Origin: Bacteroidales bacterium
GTDB lineage: Bacteria > Bacteroidota > Bacteroidia > Bacteroidales > ML635J-15
DNA: 64,000 nt
Reading direction: 5' to 3'
Assembly: GCA_035343375.1 (NCBI GenBank)
Contig: DAOQYW010000001.1
Coordinates: 28,695 to 92,694 of the forward strand
This document shows, piece by piece, positions 31,561 through 43,100 of this stretch; the first letter of the stretch is position 1, and each line of letters begins with the position of its first letter. A model generated the notes under the pieces. It ran no database searches. It saw only the letters and a list, made by a program, of their open reading frames with translations, and was not told the DNA's origin. The position numbers were made by a program, and so were the translations under genes.

Positions 31561-31635
31561 GGTGATTGTAGCTCAGTTGGTTAGAGCATCGGATTGTGGT
31601 TCCGAGGGCCGTGGGTTCGAATCCCATCTTTCACC
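31561..31635 (+). tRNA. tRNA-His (anticodon GTG) with encoded G-1; acceptor stem carries two U-U mismatches
   Basis: Hand-folded. G-1 + GTGATTG / TA / GCTC-AGTTGGTTA-GAGC / A / TCGGA-TTGTGGT-TCCGA / GGGCC / GTGGG-TTCGAAT-CCCAT / CTTTCAC / C. The anticodon loop is TT-GTG-GT. Pairs 5:68 and 6:67 are T:T. CCA is not encoded. Confidence 0.8.
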
Positions 31636-31642
31636 CAAAAGC

Positions 31643-31673
31643 AAAGCTTCACGCAAGTGAAGCTTTTTATTTT
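31643..31673 (+). terminator. Rho-independent terminator after tRNA-His
   Basis: AAAGCTTCAC-GCAA-GTGAAGCTTT is a perfect 10-bp stem with a GNRA-like loop, followed by TTTATTTT. Confidence 0.7.
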
Positions 31674-32123
31674 CTCACAAGTGTCAAAAACTTGTTTTTG
31701 TAAACGCAGTGAGAAAATAAAAAAATGCGAACGCAGTGAGCATTTGCTTTTGAATACCCCCCTCAGGGATCAACAAAATTGCGAAGCGGTTTTGTTAATC
31801 CCTCAAAAAATGCGAATTTGGTGAGCATTTTGATTTAATCATTTACTTTAAAACTAATAAAATTGCTTTAGCGATTTTATTAATCGCTTACTTAATAGTA
31901 TTTAACAATTCTCACAAGTGTCAAAAACTTGTTTTTGTAAACGCAGTGAGAAAATAAAAAAAATGCGAACGCAGTGAGCATTTGCTTTTGAATACCCCCC
32001 TCAGGGATCAACAAAATTGCGAAGCGGTTTTGTTAATCCCTCAAAAAATGCGAATTTGGTGAGCATTTTGATTTAATCATTTACTTTAAAACTAATAAAA
32101 TTGCTTTAGCGATTTTATTAATC
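31672..32123. repeat. Two tandem copies (31672..31885 and 31909..32123, period 237) of a ~215-bp hairpin-dense non-coding unit
   Basis: By manual alignment the copies differ only by one extra A in a poly-A run, with a 23-nt spacer between them. Each unit contains at least five stem-loops and an internal ~35-nt sub-repeat (AAAAAATGCGAA....GTGAGCATTT). Confidence 0.9.
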
Positions 32124-32147
32124 CAAAAAATCTCAACCTAACCAATC

Positions 32148-32178
32148 ACACGAATCAAAACAAGTTTTTGATTCGTGT
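32148..32178. other. Perfect 13-bp-stem hairpin
   Basis: ACACGAATCAAAA-caagt-TTTTGATTCGTGT, immediately right of the tandem repeat. No T-run follows, so I do not call it a terminator. Confidence 0.6.
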
Positions 32179-32240
32179 ACTGTTGATAATAATTAATATT
32201 TCAAAAGATATTTTTTTATATATCTAAGTTCTGCTGGCAA

Positions 32241-32270
32241 GCAAAAAAAAAACCGCTCCGAAGAGCGGTT
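32241..32270 (-). terminator. Rho-independent terminator of the 32291..33361 gene
   Basis: On the minus strand, AACCGCTC-TTCG-GAGCGGTT followed by a run of 10 T, about 20 nt after the stop codon. Confidence 0.8.
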
Positions 32271-32290
32271 CAATTTTTATCTAAAATCTA

Positions 32291-33361
32291 TTAGCTTTTA
32301 TATTTGAATACAACAACATTACCGGTTGTACCATCACGATGTCCAGCTACATAATAAACTAGTTTATAGGTTGTTCCCATCTTGCTTATGAAATACACAG
32401 GAGCATAAGCTTTGTGCTGATCATAAGGAAGATCGTATTGATGAATCGGTGTTCCATCATTATAAGCAGTAGCCAAAGAAGCTTGTGTTGTTAAGTTAGC
32501 AATGTCTGTTACAATAACCCAACCATCGCAACCTAGTGTACCTCCTGTATAATTAGTATCTTGAATTCTAACTGTTGTTGCATCTGTAAAGTTGAAAGCA
32601 ACTCCAATTACGTTTGAAAAGTAATTAGTAACAGGTGTGCTGTTATAAGAAGCCCATGATGTTTGGCCATAAAGAGCTAGTGGAATTTCAGCTGACCATT
32701 CTGCTGCTATATTTTGAAGTAAAACAACATCAACTGTAGTATTGTTTGCCGGCATTACAAAATCAGTAACTGTAACAGTCTGATAACCAGCTTTTGCAAC
32801 AGAGTATTCATAAGTTCCTTCTTCAACATAATCAACAACATAATCACCAGCAGCATTAGCTACTCCATTAAAAGTTACAATAGCATCAGTAATTACATTA
32901 TCGGCTTCGTCTTTAACTACAAAAGTTACTGAGTAAGCTTCAACTACAAAAATTGTATATTCCTTAGTTGTTTCCTGAAGTTCTGCATCTTTTACAACAA
33001 ATTCGTAAACAATTTTAGTTACACCACCTGTAAAATCACTTGCGTCATTATCATCAGTAAATGTGTAATCAAAAGTTGTTAAATCTGCATAACCTGTGGG
33101 GGCTGTCATTTCAACAGTAGTTACATCATCCAAACCTGAATGTATGTACTTGTAAATATGAATCTCATTCAATCCTGCTTCTGCTCCAAAAGTGATTGCA
33201 AGATTAACATCATAGTTTTCTTCTGATTCAAAATCAACAATAACAGATACCGGTCCTGACCATGTAATAGTTGGCAGAGCATACTCTTTATTACAACTGT
33301 TAAAGATAGTTAATGCAGCAAAAGCCACAAATAATAGTGATAAAATTTTTACTTTTTTCAT
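32291..33361 (-). CDS. Hypothetical lipoprotein with carboxypeptidase-regulatory-like (Ig/prealbumin-fold) segment
   Basis: Lipoprotein signal MKKVKILSLLFVAFAALTIFNSC. The segment YSVTFVVKDEADNVITDAIVTFNGVANAAGDYVVDYVEEGTYEYSVAKAGYQTVT resembles CarboxypepD_reg-type domains. Has its own terminator. Confidence 0.65.
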   Translation of the reverse strand: MKKVKILSLLFVAFAALTIFNSCNKEYALPTITWSGPVSVIVDFESEENYDVNLAITFGAEAGLNEIHIYKYIHSGLDDVTTVEMTAPTGYADLTTFDYTFTDDNDASDFTGGVTKIVYEFVVKDAELQETTKEYTIFVVEAYSVTFVVKDEADNVITDAIVTFNGVANAAGDYVVDYVEEGTYEYSVAKAGYQTVTVTDFVMPANNTTVDVVLLQNIAAEWSAEIPLALYGQTSWASYNSTPVTNYFSNVIGVAFNFTDATTVRIQDTNYTGGTLGCDGWVIVTDIANLTTQASLATAYNDGTPIHQYDLPYDQHKAYAPVYFISKMGTTYKLVYYVAGHRDGTTGNVVVFKYKS

Positions 33362-33703
33362 AATTTTATAAATTTAAATTAAACATTTGATTTAATTGGA
33401 CTACATTATACTTTTTCAATTTGGCAAATGTATAAAAATATTTCATTTAAAAATAATTTAATGTGTAAATTTTATACATATTATTAAAAATTTACATTGA
33501 TGAGACTAATTTAAATAAATAACAACGATGTAAATTTACTCCAGAATACTCTATTATCAATCCCTTTTTGAGATATTGTTTATTAATAATTTAAACTTTA
33601 CACTTCTCATCTTCAGTGTTCTTAATCACAGTCTAATGAAGTAAATAATTAAAAAGAAAATAGTAATTATAAAAATGTACCAAGTATTTTATATTTTTGT
33701 GAA

Positions 33704-35596
33704 GTGAATATTAATATAAATATATTAAGAAGAATAACTCCCAGATGGGTGGTTTTTTTGATTGACGTTTGTATAAGTTTCCTATCTTTAGTTTTATCTT
33801 TTTATTTAAGATTCAATTTTTCCATCCCGGTTATTGAAGCAGACTTTATTCCCACAAGTATAATTACAGTTCTTAGTATTCGCGCTTTGTCTTTTTTCGT
33901 AGGAAAGACTTATGCTGGAATGGTAAGACATACTGGAACAAAAGACATTATTAGAATATTAAGCGTGTTGTTTTTAGGAAGTATTGTATTATTACTTTTG
34001 AATTTTTTAAGTCTTAGTTTTATAGACAGATATCTTGTTCCAATATCTGTTTTAATAATAGAGTTTTTTATCACAACTTTCGTATTATCTTTTTCACGCC
34101 TACTCTTAAAAAATATTTTTACCGAATTTAACAACCCTCGAAAAGAGAGCGATAATGTACTGATTTATGGGTCCGGTGAGCCCGCATTAATTACAAAAAA
34201 AGCTTTTGATCAAAACAGTAAAACAAAATACAGAGTAGTTGGCTTTATTGATCATCACAGTAAGGTTACAGGAAGTAAAATTGACGGCGTAAAAGTTTAT
34301 CACCTGAAAAACCTGAAAAAGATAATTGAAAGTAAAAAAATATCAGTTGTTATAATCTCTGAAAAAGGTGTTTCTGTAACACGAAAAAAATATGTAATAG
34401 AAACCTGTCTGAACAATGAAGTTGAGGTAAAGACCATTCCTGATATGTCCGCTTGGATTAATGGTGAGTTCAACATTAATCAGCTTAAAAATGTTAAAAT
34501 TGAAGACCTTCTTGAGCGGGCAGAAATTAAAATGAATAAAGACGGCATTCGTAAAGATGTTTTAAATAAAACGATTTTAGTTACAGGGGCTGCAGGCTCG
34601 ATAGGAAGCGAAATTGTAAGACAATTGACATTGTTTATGCCCGAAAGAATAATTCTGTTTGACATTGCGGAATCTCCCTTATATGATATCGAACTTGAAC
34701 TAAAAGAGAAACTCAATTTTACAAATTTCGAAATTGTCATAGGAGATATACGAAACGAAAAACTCATCGAATGGGTTTTTAAAGAATATAAGCCTGAATA
34801 CGTTTACCATGCTGCTGCCTATAAGCATGTGCCAATGATGGAAAACAATCCTTCAGAAGCCATAAGTGTAAATGTACTTGGTACTAAAACCATAGCAGAT
34901 GCAGCAAACAAATACAAAATTAAAAAATTTGTAATGGTAAGCACCGACAAAGCAGTTAATCCAACTAACGTTATGGGTGCAAGTAAAAGAATTGCCGAGA
35001 TTTACATTCAGTCATTATTTAATTCTAATGAAACAAAATTTATTACCACTAGATTTGGAAACGTGTTGGGATCTAATGGTTCTGTAATCCCTCGATTTAA
35101 GAAACAAATAGAATCAGGTGGCCCTGTTACTGTTACACACCCAGACGTAACAAGATATTTTATGACAATTCCCGAGGCTTGTCAACTTGTACTGGAAGCA
35201 GGAAATATGGGGCATGGTGGTGAAATTTTTATTTTTGATATGGGTCCATCTGTTAAAATAATTAACCTGGCTCGCAAGATGATATCTTTATCAGGACTAA
35301 AACCGGGTATTGACATCCAAATAAAAGTAACAGGTTTACGTCCTGGCGAAAAACTTTATGAAGAGCTTTTGGCAAATAAAGAAAATACTTTACCTACATA
35401 TCACCCGCAAATAATGATTGCTCAAGTTCGTCAATATGAACCGAAACTGGTAAAAAATGAAATTTTCGAACTCATTGAAACAAGTAATAATAGCGATAAA
35501 TTTGCAATAGTAAAAAAAATGAAGGAAATTGTTCCCGAGTTTTTAAGTAAAAATTCTATGTTTGAAATATTAGATGTAGAACAACAAAACAAATAA
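33704..35596 (+). CDS. Membrane-anchored polysaccharide biosynthesis NDP-sugar 4,6-dehydratase/epimerase (CapD/WbpM/PglF-like)
   Basis: GTG start and four N-terminal TM segments. Rossmann motif VTGAAGSIGSE, then YHAAAYKHVP and STDKAVNPTNVMGASKR (SDR catalytic context). Confidence 0.85.
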   Translation: MNININILRRITPRWVVFLIDVCISFLSLVLSFYLRFNFSIPVIEADFIPTSIITVLSIRALSFFVGKTYAGMVRHTGTKDIIRILSVLFLGSIVLLLLNFLSLSFIDRYLVPISVLIIEFFITTFVLSFSRLLLKNIFTEFNNPRKESDNVLIYGSGEPALITKKAFDQNSKTKYRVVGFIDHHSKVTGSKIDGVKVYHLKNLKKIIESKKISVVIISEKGVSVTRKKYVIETCLNNEVEVKTIPDMSAWINGEFNINQLKNVKIEDLLERAEIKMNKDGIRKDVLNKTILVTGAAGSIGSEIVRQLTLFMPERIILFDIAESPLYDIELELKEKLNFTNFEIVIGDIRNEKLIEWVFKEYKPEYVYHAAAYKHVPMMENNPSEAISVNVLGTKTIADAANKYKIKKFVMVSTDKAVNPTNVMGASKRIAEIYIQSLFNSNETKFITTRFGNVLGSNGSVIPRFKKQIESGGPVTVTHPDVTRYFMTIPEACQLVLEAGNMGHGGEIFIFDMGPSVKIINLARKMISLSGLKPGIDIQIKVTGLRPGEKLYEELLANKENTLPTYHPQIMIAQVRQYEPKLVKNEIFELIETSNNSDKFAIVKKMKEIVPEFLSKNSMFEILDVEQQNK

Positions 35597-35610
35597 TGTC
35601 AATTATTATT

Positions 35611-36642
35611 TCATTTTTCCTTGATTATAAAAATATATGCAGGAAAATGATCTGAATATCCGCCCATATAAGTATTCCCAACATAAGTTCTAAAAGGATA
35701 ACCTTTAAACTTTCCTTCTTTCTGCATTAAATATGCCTTATTATAAATAAAAGCCTTATGAAATCTGTATGATGATTTGTCAGATTTAAGAAATTCCGGA
35801 GTCATAATTATCTGATCAAATAAATTCCATTTGTCATTATATGCTAAAGAACCTATTCCTTTTTTATAAAGCTCTTCCATTGGATTATACAATTTAGGAA
35901 ATATCGCTTCCTCTTTAGTCCCTGTTGCATTCAAATGCGTTTTAACACTTTTATCTATAGGATCATCATTCAAGTCCCCCATACAAATTATTTTTGCATT
36001 GGGATTGATAATTAATATTGAATCAAAGATATGTCTTGTAACATCTGCTGCTGCCGCACGTTTTGGTTCACTTCTCTGCTCTCCCCCCCTGCGTGATGGC
36101 CAATGTAATACAATAAAATGCATTTCTTCGCCATCATACAAGCCACTGACAAGAAGCTGGTCTCTTGTTCTAAAGTCAGGATCATCAGGAGTTCTGACAA
36201 GGTGCATAGCAGTATTTGTAACAGTAAAAAACTCTGGCCTGTATAACAACGCACAATCAACTCCCCTGTAATCAGAACCATCAAAATGAACTATCTGATA
36301 ATTGTATTTTTTAATTGGTTCGGCCTTAACTAAATCTTCTAATACAGTAATATTTTCTATCTCACTAAGTCCTATTATTGCCGGCGCTGTACCCGTAAAG
36401 TCTGCTCCTATTTCTACTATAACAGAGGCCATGGTTTCCATTTTTTGGAAATATCGTTCCGAATTCCACTGTTTTTCACTATTAGGTGTAAATTCGACAT
36501 CATTTGTTCCGGGAATAGTGTCAAATAAATTTTCAATATTATAAAAAGCAATGCAGCCTACCTTATATTCTTTTTCTGTTTGAGAAAATCCGACAATACC
36601 TATTAATAATATCCCGACTATAACAAAGATTGATTTTTTCAT
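35611..36642 (-). CDS. Secreted endonuclease/exonuclease/phosphatase (EEP) family protein
   Basis: Signal peptide. AFYNIENLFD, HWPSRRGG, GDLNDDP and SDHFP motifs are typical of the EEP fold. Confidence 0.8.
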   Translation of the reverse strand: MKKSIFVIVGILLIGIVGFSQTEKEYKVGCIAFYNIENLFDTIPGTNDVEFTPNSEKQWNSERYFQKMETMASVIVEIGADFTGTAPAIIGLSEIENITVLEDLVKAEPIKKYNYQIVHFDGSDYRGVDCALLYRPEFFTVTNTAMHLVRTPDDPDFRTRDQLLVSGLYDGEEMHFIVLHWPSRRGGEQRSEPKRAAAADVTRHIFDSILIINPNAKIICMGDLNDDPIDKSVKTHLNATGTKEEAIFPKLYNPMEELYKKGIGSLAYNDKWNLFDQIIMTPEFLKSDKSSYRFHKAFIYNKAYLMQKEGKFKGYPFRTYVGNTYMGGYSDHFPAYIFIIKEK

Positions 36643-36808
36643 ATTTTTTTTCTATTTTTTGTCAAAGATAATACCATATTTATAATTCAGCAATCGGTGA
36701 AAAAGTTTTTATGTCAAATAATGCGTTTGTTAATAAAAATAATATATGTGAGATTTTAATCCCTAATAGTTAAATTTTGAATGATTGATATATCTTTGTG
36801 TCGGTAAT

Positions 36809-37741
36809 ATGAAAACGGGCAGAATTATACAAACCACAGGAGCCGTTCATTCAGTTGAATGTGATAATTTAATATATACCTGCGTTATTAAGGGTAAACT
36901 AAGACTTAAAGGTTATAGAAGTACCAACCCATTATCGGTAGGTGATATTGTTGAATTTGAAGAAACAGAAAATCTTTTGGGACTGATAAACAAAATTCAC
37001 AGTAGAAAAAATTGTATAATAAGAAAATCAACAAATCTGTCAAAAGAAACACATATAATAGCTTCTAATATTGACCAGCTAGTAATAATGTTTACATTAC
37101 AAAAACCTGAAACAACAACAATATTTCTGGACAGATTATTAATCGCAGCAGAATCATACAGCATTCCTTGCATAATCCTTATTAATAAAATCGATATATA
37201 TAGCAGTGAGGAGTTAAAGCATTCCAAATATCTTTCATCTATATATACCAAAATAGGTTATAAAACTATTGAAATATCTGTTGAGAATAAAGTAAACATT
37301 GATAATGTTGCTGAAATTCTTAAAGACAAAATCAGTTTAATTGTCGGACATAGCGGTACCGGAAAAACTTCTTTAATAAATGTAATTGCTCCAGAATATC
37401 GCCTAAAAACAGACTTCATTTCTGAATACCATTTAGCCGGAAAACATACAACAACTTTTGCTAGGATGTTAAAACTACCATTTGGCGGTTATATTGTTGA
37501 CACTCCGGGAATTATGGGTTTTGGGCTGGTGAATTTGAAAAAAGAAGAAATGTATCACTATTTTCCGGAGATATTCAAATTATCCCCAAATTGCAAATAT
37601 TACAACTGTACACATATAAATGAACCGCAGTGTGCGGTAAAAAAAGCTCTGGAGAAAGGCGTCATTTCATTATCTAGATACAAATCTTATCTCAATGTTT
37701 TTTACGATGATGATGACAAACATAGAATTAAAGAAATTTAA
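36809..37741 (+). CDS. rsgA: Ribosome small-subunit-dependent GTPase A
   Basis: Circularly permuted GTPase order (NKID ... GHSGTGKTSLIN ... DTPG) and a C-terminal zinc knuckle (CKYYNCTHINEPQCAV). Start placed at MKTGRIIQ. Confidence 0.85.
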   Translation: MKTGRIIQTTGAVHSVECDNLIYTCVIKGKLRLKGYRSTNPLSVGDIVEFEETENLLGLINKIHSRKNCIIRKSTNLSKETHIIASNIDQLVIMFTLQKPETTTIFLDRLLIAAESYSIPCIILINKIDIYSSEELKHSKYLSSIYTKIGYKTIEISVENKVNIDNVAEILKDKISLIVGHSGTGKTSLINVIAPEYRLKTDFISEYHLAGKHTTTFARMLKLPFGGYIVDTPGIMGFGLVNLKKEEMYHYFPEIFKLSPNCKYYNCTHINEPQCAVKKALEKGVISLSRYKSYLNVFYDDDDKHRIKEI

Positions 37742-37817
37742 TATTTCAATTTAAGAACACTCCAAACATTGTAAATCGGTTTCTTTATTATAATTTTGCA
37801 TAATTACATTTAAAAAG

Positions 37818-39050
37818 TTGACTAACAAGAAAAAAATAATCAATGATCCTGTACATGGATTTATCAACATCCCGGGTGGAATAATCTACGAGCTTATCGA
37901 ACATCCTTATTTTCAGCGTTTAAGGAGAATCAAACAACTTGGATTATCATATCTAGTTTATCCGGGAGCTGTACATACTCGTTTTCAACATGCTATTGGT
38001 TCTATGCACCTTATAGGAATGGCAATTGATGTTATCCGTAGCAAAAATCACGAAATTACCGAAGAAGAAGCTGAAGCTGCTAAAATAGCAATTTTGTTAC
38101 ACGATATCGGACATGGTCCTTTTTCCCATGCTCTCGAAAATTGTTTTACTCCTAATCTGCATCACGAAGATCTTAGCTTGTTATTTATGCAGGAACTTAA
38201 TGCTGAATTTAAAAACAAATTAGATTTAGCTATAAAAATTTTTCAAAATCAATATCATAAAAAATTTCTCCATCAACTAATTTCAGGTCAACTTGATATG
38301 GACAGACTTGATTATCTGAAAAGAGACAGTTTTTTTACAGGTGTATCAGAAGGGGTTGTTGGTTCGGAACGAATTATTAAAATGCTTCAAGTGGTTGATG
38401 ATAATCTTGTTGTCGAATCAAAAGGAATTTACAGTATAGAAAAGTTTTTAATCGCTCGTCGACTTATGTATTGGCAGGTTTATTTACACAAAACCTCTTT
38501 AATCGCAGAACTGCTTTTGTCTGCCTTCATAATGCGGTTAAAATATCTTTTAGAAAACAGTAATATTAGAACTAATAATCAATATATAGACCTCCTAATT
38601 GACAAAAATAAGCTTCATAATAAAAAGGATATTATTGCAAACTTTGCAATGATTGATGATTATGATGTTTTCTGTCTGTTAAAACAAAGTATGTATTCTG
38701 ATGACAAAATTCTTTCGCATCTTTCAAATAGTATTTTAAACCGAAAATTTCCTAAAATACTAATAAGTAAAGAAAAACCCGAAGATAGTTTTATAGGTTC
38801 AATGAAAGAAATTGCCAAAAAGGAATACTCTCTTACCGATGAGGAAATTTCTTATTTCGTCTTCACCGGAGAAGTTTCAAATAATGCATATACCTATGCT
38901 GACGAACGTATTAATATACTATATCCAAACAAATTGATAGACATCTCGGAAGCATCGGATATGTTAAATATCTCTGTGTTGGGAAAAATTGTAAAAAAAT
39001 ATTATGTTTGTGCTCCGAAAGATATTATAAATTTAAGTATTTCAAAATGA
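37818..39050 (+). CDS. HD-domain phosphohydrolase (dNTP triphosphohydrolase-like)
   Basis: TTG start. [41 protein letters not shown] and DRLDYLKRD give the HD-superfamily pattern. Confidence 0.8.
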   Translation: MTNKKKIINDPVHGFINIPGGIIYELIEHPYFQRLRRIKQLGLSYLVYPGAVHTRFQHAIGSMHLIGMAIDVIRSKNHEITEEEAEAAKIAILLHDIGHGPFSHALENCFTPNLHHEDLSLLFMQELNAEFKNKLDLAIKIFQNQYHKKFLHQLISGQLDMDRLDYLKRDSFFTGVSEGVVGSERIIKMLQVVDDNLVVESKGIYSIEKFLIARRLMYWQVYLHKTSLIAELLLSAFIMRLKYLLENSNIRTNNQYIDLLIDKNKLHNKKDIIANFAMIDDYDVFCLLKQSMYSDDKILSHLSNSILNRKFPKILISKEKPEDSFIGSMKEIAKKEYSLTDEEISYFVFTGEVSNNAYTYADERINILYPNKLIDISEASDMLNISVLGKIVKKYYVCAPKDIINLSISK

Positions 39051-40075
39051 AATTTACTGCCGGACAGATAGCCTCTATACTAAATGGAAAAGTTGAAGGT
39101 GACGAAAATACTGTTGTAAATTGCTTTTCAAAAATTGAAGAAGGGAAACCGGGGTCTTTATCATTTTTGGCTAATCCCAAGTACACTCATTATATTTATG
39201 AAACCGCTGCATCTGTTATTTTGATTAACAATGACTTTTTACCACAAAAAGAAGTAAAAGCAACTTTGATAAGAGTTGAAGACGCATATAAGTCAATCGC
39301 TGTGCTACTTGATATTTATAACAAAATGATAGAAAAACCGGTAGGCATAGAAAAACAATCTTTTGTTCACAAAAAAGCTTTACTCGGTAAAGATGTATAT
39401 GTTGGCGCTTTCAGTTATGTAGGAAAAGATTCCAAAATAGGAAACAATGTACAAATATATCCTGGTTGTTATGTTGGAAACAATGTTAATATTGGTGACA
39501 ATTGTATTTTATTTCCTGGTGTCAAAATATATTACAATACGGTTATTGGAAAGAATTGCACTTTGCATGCCGGTTGTGTTATCGGTGCTGACGGATTTGG
39601 TTTTGCCCCAAATAATGGCGATGCATTTATGAAAATTGCACAAATTGGTAATGTTATATTAGAAGACAATGTTGAATTGGGGGCTTTGGTAACAATTGAC
39701 AGAGCTACAATGGGATCAACTATTATCAGAGCAGGTGTAAAGTTAGATAACCACAACCATGTGGCTCACAACGTGGAAATTGGTAAAAACACTGTAATTG
39801 CAGCACAATCAGGAATTGCCGGCACAACAAAAGTAGGCGAAAATTGTATGATTGGTGGTCAAGTCGGTATCAGTCCTCATATAACGATAGCCAATGGAAC
39901 AAAAATTTCATCACAATCGGGTATTTCAAATAATGTATTAAAAGAAGACAGCATTTTGATGGGTGCTCCTGCATATGAAATAAGAGCATATCACAAATCA
40001 TATATACATTTTAAAAACCTTGATGATATCGTTAAACGACTTGAGAGTCTGGAAAAGAAATTATCTGATAAATAA
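39047..40075 (+). CDS. lpxD: UDP-3-O-acylglucosamine N-acyltransferase
   Basis: Start [18 protein letters not shown] overlaps the upstream stop (ATGA). Long left-handed beta-helix hexapeptide repeats, with GADGFGF and HNVEIG segments. Confidence 0.9.
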   Translation: MKFTAGQIASILNGKVEGDENTVVNCFSKIEEGKPGSLSFLANPKYTHYIYETAASVILINNDFLPQKEVKATLIRVEDAYKSIAVLLDIYNKMIEKPVGIEKQSFVHKKALLGKDVYVGAFSYVGKDSKIGNNVQIYPGCYVGNNVNIGDNCILFPGVKIYYNTVIGKNCTLHAGCVIGADGFGFAPNNGDAFMKIAQIGNVILEDNVELGALVTIDRATMGSTIIRAGVKLDNHNHVAHNVEIGKNTVIAAQSGIAGTTKVGENCMIGGQVGISPHITIANGTKISSQSGISNNVLKEDSILMGAPAYEIRAYHKSYIHFKNLDDIVKRLESLEKKLSDK

Positions 40076-40111
40076 AGACCTTTTATCAATTTACTTTTAA
40101 ATCCATCAACA

Positions 40112-43100
40112 CTAGTAAACCATTTTACTCAATACTATTGCATGTTTTTCGACAATTTTATTCCCTGTCAGATTAAACATCTCGACATAGAGTATATAAA
40201 TACCGGCAGGGCAAATATTATTACCACTATCAAAACCATCCCAAAACAGGCTTCCCTCCATTGCAAGCATTTGGTTATTAAGTATATATGTTACAAATTT
40301 GCCGTCTGAACTGTATATAGCCATTGTTGCAGTATATCCGGGTTCGTCAAGCTTATATGAAATAGCTAATCTATCATTATAGCCGTCGTTATCAGGAGAA
40401 AAAACTTCGGGGCTCAAACTAATTACTGTTTCTGTTGCTATCTCGGATGAAAATTGAGAATTCTTATATCCGGGTGTAGCAAATCCTACAGTCTGTGATG
40501 CCGAATGCCAGTTTGATTTATCTGCCGAACTGCGATTATAATTTATTCTTTCTAAAGACACGCCATCTTTTGATGCCAGTAATTTATAATGCTGATCATC
40601 AGTATAATAAACCATGTCTATTTCATTTAAAAACCTGTCTGTTATCAAAATGTTTCCCTCACCATCAGCCATTGAGGGTAAATTACCACACTTATAAAGA
40701 TTCTCTAAATACGGAACATAGTAATTGTCAATCAAAAAATTTATATCTTCTGAAACGGCACAGTATTCTCCCGGTTCAAGCAAACGACTAATATTGCTTA
40801 AGACATAGGAGTCTTTAATGTTCCCGGCCTCATCTTTATTACATCCCCATAAATGTTTTAAATCCAATATTTTGTTGGAATTATTGTACAATTCGACAAA
40901 ATCTTTTCCTCCGGACAATGGATTAAAAAGAATTTCGTTTATAACTATGTCGCCTGCCACAACAGAATCGGCAATAGCAAATCTAAATGAAGAATTTACT
41001 ACAACTTTATTTCCTGCACAATCTCTAATGCTATCGTTAATATTAATGAAATACAATTTTCCTATTTCAAATTCTCCGTCAAATTTCATTGTAATTGTTG
41101 AAAAATTAGGTTCGCTAGCACTTATCCAAATAGGATGTCCAAACTCTTCAACTTCAAAATTTAAAACATCATTTGCAAATTCAGATTTCAATATTTCACT
41201 AAAATATACTATTAACGTATCCGGCATTATTGCTTCTGCAGCAATCGGATAAGGCAATGTAATATCAGGATTGCTTCCATTAATTGAATTAACAATACCC
41301 GGTGTTCCTCCTAAAATATTATTGCTTGCCCTCCAGTTTTCTTTTCCCTCACATACATTATTTAAATCTATCATTTCAAGCGAATAGCCTCCATTTTTCT
41401 TAAAATTATCCTGATACCAAGTATCGCTATATGTAACAGTATGAATAACATTACTATTTTTATCTCTTAATATAAGAGTGGCTCCTCCGTTTGTCAATGC
41501 GGGAAAACTTTCTACACCAACAACATTTAACATCTCATCAAACATTTCTTGATTACTCTCATGACACAAAACCAAATATCCCCCTTCGGGAATCATACAA
41601 TAAGGTAATGTGCGAGTGGTGGTACCTGCACTTATTGTCCAGTTCGCTAAATCCAAATCATATTCTGTTCTATTAAAAAGCTCTATGTATTCCACATCGG
41701 GAAGGAGTACAACCGGATCGGGATCAGCCATAATTTCAGTAATAATAACATCATAATCAGCAGGATTATACAGTATAAAATTCACACTTTGTTCGGTCAT
41801 AATATTTCCACACCAATCCTTTACATTTGAAATTGTAATTGAATAATTTAAATTTTCGTTAAATGAGGAAGGAAATTGTAAGATTACTGCTGTTTCGTTT
41901 AAAGGATTGGTTACAGCATAAAAAGGATTGCCAAAATCAGGAATTACATCATAGTTGGTCAAAACAAGACTTGAAAGAGTATCCACAGACTCAGAAAATA
42001 TAATAGTAATTTCATTTCCGGCAGTAATGCTAACACTAAGAACTTCAGGAGCGAGGGTATCACTATTTATTGCATAAACAGAATTAATTGTTCCAGGTGT
42101 TCCTCCAAACTCATCGTTTGAAGCAATCCAGTTTGTTTGTGGTGAACAAGTGTTTACCGGGTCTATCTTCTCAAGTGACCAGCCTCCATTCTTTTTATTT
42201 GCGTCCTGATACCATGTGTCAGAATATGTAACGCGGTCTATTTCCTGTCCTTCATTGTCCTTTAATACAATTGTCTGACCTCCATTTGTAATTAATGGAA
42301 ATGATGCTATACCAAGTGTATTACCAAAATTTTCAAATTCTGAAACATAATTAGTATGACATAATATCAAATATTCTCCGGCTTCGAGCTGATATGAGGT
42401 AAGAGTTTTTGACGTTGTCCCTATTGTATAAACCCAATCTGTTAGATCAACTGTATAATCAGAAGTGTTGTACAATTCTACATATTCAGCATTTGGCAAA
42501 CCAACCGGAGGGTCGGGATCTGCCATAATTTCATTGATTACAATCATGCCCGCTGAAAAATCTATATAACTAAAAGGTATGTTTCCCGGAACAACAGGGT
42601 TCATACTTAAGTCTGCTATGTTTTGATATTGTAAAATATAATTAGTGCCGGACACAAAAGACGATGAAAACTCAAGCAATACTTTTGAGGGATCAGAATT
42701 ATAAAAAGAGACATCGGCCGGATTACCAATTCCGTTGTTTACAGAATAATTTTGCTCATCTAAAGCTGATACGGGATCTAACTCTTCATCAAAATTCATC
42801 AAAAAATGCTGAGAGTCAAGTACTTGTGATGACAGCAATTGAGGTTGAATATCATCAACAAAAGGGTCACCTGTTATAATAAAGTCATCGAAAAAGATGT
42901 GCTGTGAACGGGTAGAAGTATAAACACATTTAACCCCAAAATATGATGAACTGAAATAAGTATTATCTAAAATTGATCCTTCAGTATAATAATCTGTTCC
43001 GCCCAGTGTATCGGACATCAGACTCCAGTTCCCTTCATTATCACGGGTAACTTTAACACGAACGTTGACTGTTGTAGTATTTAGTCTCCCGTCTGTCCCG

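Noticed and set aside
31352-31824. ORFs of 102 aa and 76 aa running across the tRNA-His gene and into the tandem repeat
   Set aside because: They read straight through a well-folding tRNA and its terminator hairpin. These are artefacts of stop-poor sequence.
31672-32123. Possible CRISPR array
   Set aside because: There are only two units, each ~215 bp, separated by a single 23-nt spacer. There is no short repeat/spacer periodicity and no cas genes in the window.
39008-39046. Longer N-terminal extension of lpxD ([13 protein letters not shown]...)
   Set aside because: The extension overlaps the HD-domain gene's 3' end. The ATGA-coupled start at 39047 gives the canonical LpxD N-terminus.
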